The translations under genes and the position numbers were made by a program. The notes below the pieces were generated by a model, which saw nothing but the letters and a program-made list of their open reading frames with translations, was not told the origin of the DNA and searched no databases. This document shows, piece after piece, positions 59,949-64,000 of a DNA stretch of 64,000 bases (position 1 is the stretch's first letter; each line of letters begins with the position of its first letter). This DNA comes from Alphaproteobacteria bacterium (GTDB lineage Bacteria; Pseudomonadota; Alphaproteobacteria; UBA828), in NCBI GenBank assembly GCA_963422645.2, contig CAXXVO010000002.1:160001-224000 (forward strand). The letters are read 5' to 3'.

Positions 59949-60953
59949 ATGCTGCGCAGGCTCCTCGTCCCCGCCCTTCTCGCCGGTACGATGGCGGTGC
60001 CGGTCGCCGCCGATGACGGGTCGCGCTACTCGGAATGGCAACCGGAGGGCACCGAGGCGACGAGCTCTCCCGCGCTCGATGCTCTCGCGCAGGAACTCGA
60101 GGCGCTGATCGACGCGGCCGAGAGCGCACGGGCGGCCGATCCGCGCTTCCTCCAGGATCTGCGCGACATAATCTCCGCCCACAACGCCGATGCTCAGCCC
60201 CGCGTGGCTCTGATCCGGGATGATTTTTCCGACGGCGACTACACGGACGATCTGCGTTGGGAGGTGGTGAGCGGCGACTTCTCGATCGACGGCAGGCTCG
60301 GCCTGCGCACGACGATTCCGCTTAGCGGGGCCGATACGGAGACAATGAGAATCAACCTCGACACCATCCGGGACAAAAGAGATGAGCTGCTCGAAAAAGG
60401 CGAAGCGCTGCTCGACAAGAGCAAGGACACGATTGGCGACTTGCTGAGCGGCGAGAAGAAGCTCGACGACCTCTGGGGCGGAGATGACGACGAGGAGAAG
60501 GAGGATACCGGGCCGGCCGGGCCGGAGCCCGCGGAGATCGTCCTGGAAGCGGACATTCCTAACGCCTTCGCCCTCGAGCTGGAGTTGATGTCGGGCATCA
60601 CGCACAAGGACGCACAGTTCGAGATCGACCTGTTCCAGGGCAGGGCCGGCGCTTCAGGCTATCGCCTCACCTACCGTCCTGGCGACGATCCGGGGCTGCT
60701 GCTTTCCCGCTTCGGCCGGCGTAGCGCGGAGGTGATCGGCGATTCCGGCGACGAGCTGGCTTTGGAGAACGGCCGCAGCCATACGGTCGCTCTCGTGCGT
60801 GAGGGCGATGGAACGATGACCGTATCCGTCGACGGCACTGAGCACATCCAAGTCAAGAGCAGCGCTCTCGAAGACCCCTTCGGCGGCCTGTCGCTGGTCA
60901 ACAGTGGCGGCGACTATGCGATCCGCAGCGTCGCCGTCTATGGCGACGAGTAG
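59949..60953 (+). CDS. Secreted hypothetical protein
   Basis: GGAGG RBS, signal peptide, beta-rich domain (DDFSDGD...W; TVSVDG). Confidence 0.7.
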   Translation: MLRRLLVPALLAGTMAVPVAADDGSRYSEWQPEGTEATSSPALDALAQELEALIDAAESARAADPRFLQDLRDIISAHNADAQPRVALIRDDFSDGDYTDDLRWEVVSGDFSIDGRLGLRTTIPLSGADTETMRINLDTIRDKRDELLEKGEALLDKSKDTIGDLLSGEKKLDDLWGGDDDEEKEDTGPAGPEPAEIVLEADIPNAFALELELMSGITHKDAQFEIDLFQGRAGASGYRLTYRPGDDPGLLLSRFGRRSAEVIGDSGDELALENGRSHTVALVREGDGTMTVSVDGTEHIQVKSSALEDPFGGLSLVNSGGDYAIRSVAVYGDE

Positions 60954-60992
60954 AGGGCGTCGGAAGCCACTGGTCGAAAGCGCAGGCGGAAC

Positions 60993-62384
60993 ATGAGCCA
61001 AGGTCTGCCGCACCGGCCTGCGCCCGGCGCCGCACGGGCGGCGGTCGAGCGTTGCCTGGCGCGGATCGAGCAACTGGATCCGACGCTCAACGCCATGATC
61101 ACAACCACGGCGGAGCGGGCGCGGGAGGAGGCCGATGCCTGCGACCGGGCGGCCGCCGAGGGGTGCTGGCTCGGCCTCCTCCACGGCATGCCCATCGCCC
61201 TCAAGGACAATATCGAGACGGCAGGGGTGCGCACCACCAGCGGCGCCGCCTACCTTGCAGATCATATCCCCAACAGCGACGCCCCTGTGGTCGGGCGACT
61301 CAAGGCCCAGGGCGCGGTGCTGGTCGGCAAGGCCAACCTGCAGGAGCTGGCCTGGGGCATCGTCTCGACCAACCCGGTGACGGGCCAGTGCCGAAACCCG
61401 TGGAACCCGGAGCGCATACCGGGGGGCTCCAGCGGCGGCTCGGGCGCCGCGGTTGCGGCGGAGATGGCCGAGGGCGCTCTCGGCACCGACACCGGCGGCT
61501 CGGTGCGGATTCCGGCCTCCATGACCGGCGTCGCCGGCTTGCGCCCCACCCACGGTCGCATCTCGATCCGCGGCATCACGCCGATCAGCGTCGCGCACGA
61601 TACCGTCGGCCCCATGGCGCGCACCGTGGCGGACGTCGCGCGCCTCTTCGCCGCGCTCGCCGCCTACGACCCGCTCGACCCGGTTTCGCGGGACATGCCG
61701 CTCGACAACTTCCTGCCTCGGCTGAACGATGGGATAGGGGACGTACGCGTCGGGCTCGCACGCAACTTCTTCTTCGAGGGCATCGACGCCGAGGTCGAGG
61801 CTGCGGTCCGGGCCGCCGCCAGCACCCTGGAATCCCTCGGTGCGCGCCTGATCGATGTCACGCTGGCCGGTGCCGAAACCGCACAGCACTGGACCACGGT
61901 CATGGCCTATGCCGATGCCTGTGCATACCACAAGGAGCGGCTGGATGCCGGTCCCGGCGCGCTCTCCGAGCCTGTCTACAATCGCATGATCATGGGCCGT
62001 GAGTTCAGCGCCGTGGACTATGCCGAGGCCATGCGCGGACGCGAGGCGTGGCGTCGCGCTCTGGCCCAAGTGTTCGAGACCGTGGACGTGCTGCTCGCGC
62101 CGACCACGCCCCGGCCGGCGCCGACGATCGCCGACGATCGCAGCCTCCACCGCGCTACCCAGGAGGCGACGCGCTTCACGTACGGCGGTGCGCTCGCGTC
62201 GATTCCCGGTCTCTCGGTCCCTTGCGGCTTCTCCTCCGACGGTCTGCCCATCGGCATGATGCTTGAGGCCGCCTGGGGAGCGGAGCCGCTGCTTTTCAGG
62301 GTCGGACACGCCTATCAGCAGGCGACGGACTGGCACCTCCGCCGCGCCCCTTGCCTTGACGAGGGCGCTGCAGGCGCCAGATAG
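60993..62384 (+). CDS. Amidase signature family protein
   Basis: PIALKD, GGSSGGS, GTDTGGSVRIPAS. Confidence 0.92.
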   Translation: MSQGLPHRPAPGAARAAVERCLARIEQLDPTLNAMITTTAERAREEADACDRAAAEGCWLGLLHGMPIALKDNIETAGVRTTSGAAYLADHIPNSDAPVVGRLKAQGAVLVGKANLQELAWGIVSTNPVTGQCRNPWNPERIPGGSSGGSGAAVAAEMAEGALGTDTGGSVRIPASMTGVAGLRPTHGRISIRGITPISVAHDTVGPMARTVADVARLFAALAAYDPLDPVSRDMPLDNFLPRLNDGIGDVRVGLARNFFFEGIDAEVEAAVRAAASTLESLGARLIDVTLAGAETAQHWTTVMAYADACAYHKERLDAGPGALSEPVYNRMIMGREFSAVDYAEAMRGREAWRRALAQVFETVDVLLAPTTPRPAPTIADDRSLHRATQEATRFTYGGALASIPGLSVPCGFSSDGLPIGMMLEAAWGAEPLLFRVGHAYQQATDWHLRRAPCLDEGAAGAR

Positions 62385-62390
62385 GGGCCC

Positions 62391-63386
62391 ATGAGCGGGA
62401 CTCCCGCCGCCTCGGCCGCAGCGCCGGCAGAGGACGGCGACACGCAAGCGCGCCTGATCGTGGACGAGGCCGCGGCCCGTTACTGCGCCGCGCGGCGGGC
62501 GAAGATCGACGATTTCGTTGACCGCACCTTCTCGCTCTCCGGCACTCTGCGGCTGCACCGGCGGGCGCTCGGCTGGGATCTCGTCCGCTCGCCGGCCAAT
62601 CTGGCCCTCTCGGCCCCTCACCTCGCGGCGCGCGTGAGCGCCGCGCTCGCGCGGCACGCAGGCCTCACACCAGCAGCCGACTGGCTGGACAGCCGGCGCT
62701 ACTTCCTGCAGACCGACGTCGCGCGGGAACTGGAATGGCGGCTCTTCACCGAGCTTCTGGAGCTCCCGATCCAACAGGGCGAGCGGGTGTCGGAACGCGA
62801 TGCGCTCGCGGACGAGATCCTGCGCGACTGCCGCATTGCGCCGGGCAGCGAAGACGCCCCGCAGTCGCCGGCTGATCAGGAGGCGTTCCGCGCCTGGCTC
62901 GCCGGCGCGGCGAGCACCTATGAGGGGACGCGGGTTTCGGCGGCCGACCTCGCCACTGCGGCAGTGAGTGCCAGCGTCGGCGCGCTGGCGTTCAAGAAGC
63001 TCACGCCAGGAATGTTGTCGCTTGGCCCGGCAACCGCGCAGGTGCTGGTGCAGCATGCGGCAATCGCGGGCTTCCCGCTGGGCAGCGGGGCCGGGGCGCT
63101 CTGGTACGGCGCCTTCCCGGCGGCGGCACCGGCCGCGCTCAGCATCGGTCTCACCGGCGGCCTCCTGGCGGCAGGCGCGGTGATCGGCGCGTTCTCGGGC
63201 GTGGTCACCGACCCGATCCAGCGCGGACTCGGCCTGCACCAGCGCCGCCTCAGGCGCCTGATCGACTGCCTGGAACGCGAGCTGACCGGACAAGGCGACA
63301 GCCGCTTCACCGTGCGCGACCACTATGTCGCGCGAACCCTCGACGTGATCGAGGCTCTGGGCCTGGTCTGGCGCGCCGCGCGATAG
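62391..63386 (+). CDS. Conserved hypothetical membrane-associated protein
   Basis: Long ORF directly after the amidase; Gly/Ala-rich hydrophobic C-terminal half. Confidence 0.7.
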   Translation: MSGTPAASAAAPAEDGDTQARLIVDEAAARYCAARRAKIDDFVDRTFSLSGTLRLHRRALGWDLVRSPANLALSAPHLAARVSAALARHAGLTPAADWLDSRRYFLQTDVARELEWRLFTELLELPIQQGERVSERDALADEILRDCRIAPGSEDAPQSPADQEAFRAWLAGAASTYEGTRVSAADLATAAVSASVGALAFKKLTPGMLSLGPATAQVLVQHAAIAGFPLGSGAGALWYGAFPAAAPAALSIGLTGGLLAAGAVIGAFSGVVTDPIQRGLGLHQRRLRRLIDCLERELTGQGDSRFTVRDHYVARTLDVIEALGLVWRAAR

Positions 63387-63454
63387 ACTCGCTGCACCGC
63401 CGGCCGCGCTGCGCCGCGCTATGACCGGCACGCCCGCCGCCAGCAGGAGACGCC

Positions 63455-64000
63455 ATGTCCGCCAGACCGACCGCGCTAACCGAGGCGCTGCACGACTACC
63501 TGCTGGCCCACGGCGTGCGCGAGAGCGCGGTGATGCACCGCCTGCGCGAGGAGACCGCCCGCCACGAGATGGGGATGATGCAGATATCGGCCGAGCAGGG
63601 CGCGCTGATGGCGCTGCTGGTGCAGGCGACCGGAGCCAAACGTGCGCTCGAGATCGGCATCTTCACCGGCTACAGCGCCCTCGTGGTAGCAGACGCCATG
63701 GGTGCGGACGGCCGGCTCACGGCGCTCGACATCAACGCGGACTATGCGGAGATCGCGCGGCGCTTCTGGGCCGAGGCGGGGCTTGCCGAAGGGATCGAGC
63801 TGCGCCTCGGGGACGCGCGGGAAAATCTTGCGGTGTTACGCAGAGAGGGCCTCGACGGCACTTACGATTTCGCCTTCATCGACGCCGACAAGTCAGGCTA
63901 CGACGTCTACTACGAGCAGTGTCTTGCCCTTGTGCGCCCCGGCGGCCTGATTCTGATCGACAACACATTCTATATGGGCCGGATCGTGGAGCCCGAGCGC
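63455..64000 (+). CDS. Class I SAM-dependent O-methyltransferase (caffeoyl-CoA OMT-like), runs off the window
   Basis: AGGAG RBS; MQISAEQG, LEIGIFTGYS, FAFIDADK, LIDN. Confidence 0.9.
   Translation, partial: MSARPTALTEALHDYLLAHGVRESAVMHRLREETARHEMGMMQISAEQGALMALLVQATGAKRALEIGIFTGYSALVVADAMGADGRLTALDINADYAEIARRFWAEAGLAEGIELRLGDARENLAVLRREGLDGTYDFAFIDADKSGYDVYYEQCLALVRPGGLILIDNTFYMGRIVEPER

Noticed and set aside
1-64000. tRNA, rRNA, reverse transcriptase or cas genes
   Set aside because: None recognised by eye

Overview
GC-rich, probably alphaproteobacterial DNA (host assignment is inference). About 1-50.9 kb is a heavily rearranged accessory region. It holds: two inverted IS21 copies; a decayed integrative element (two tandem tyrosine integrases plus a tandemly duplicated AAA-helicase/origin/TOPRIM-primase module); a polyol ABC/catabolic operon; three paralogous RTX Ca-binding proteins with a shared upstream motif; nnrS; a sugar ABC operon; and a pile of nested IS (IS66, IS110, IS4, an IS481-like end, and an unclassified DDE element with TCAGACTTCCTGACCTC ends). 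About 51-64 kb is mostly ordinary metabolism (LLM oxidoreductase, SDRs, gabD, 2OG oxygenase, OmpA lipoprotein, amidase, O-methyltransferase) plus a second IS110. Best candidate for an undescribed system: two diverged IS66-type elements that carry, inside their terminal repeats and translationally coupled to the transposase, a compact DPPY DNA methyltransferase in place of tnpA/tnpB. A Mom-like (DUF4338) domain fused to an IS4 transposase nearby echoes the same theme. Also notable: an IS110 whose bridge-RNA guides can be read against its own junctions and which targets a host palindromic repeat, and another IS110 inserted in an IS21 terminal repeat. All family assignments are from motif recognition by eye; no searches were run.
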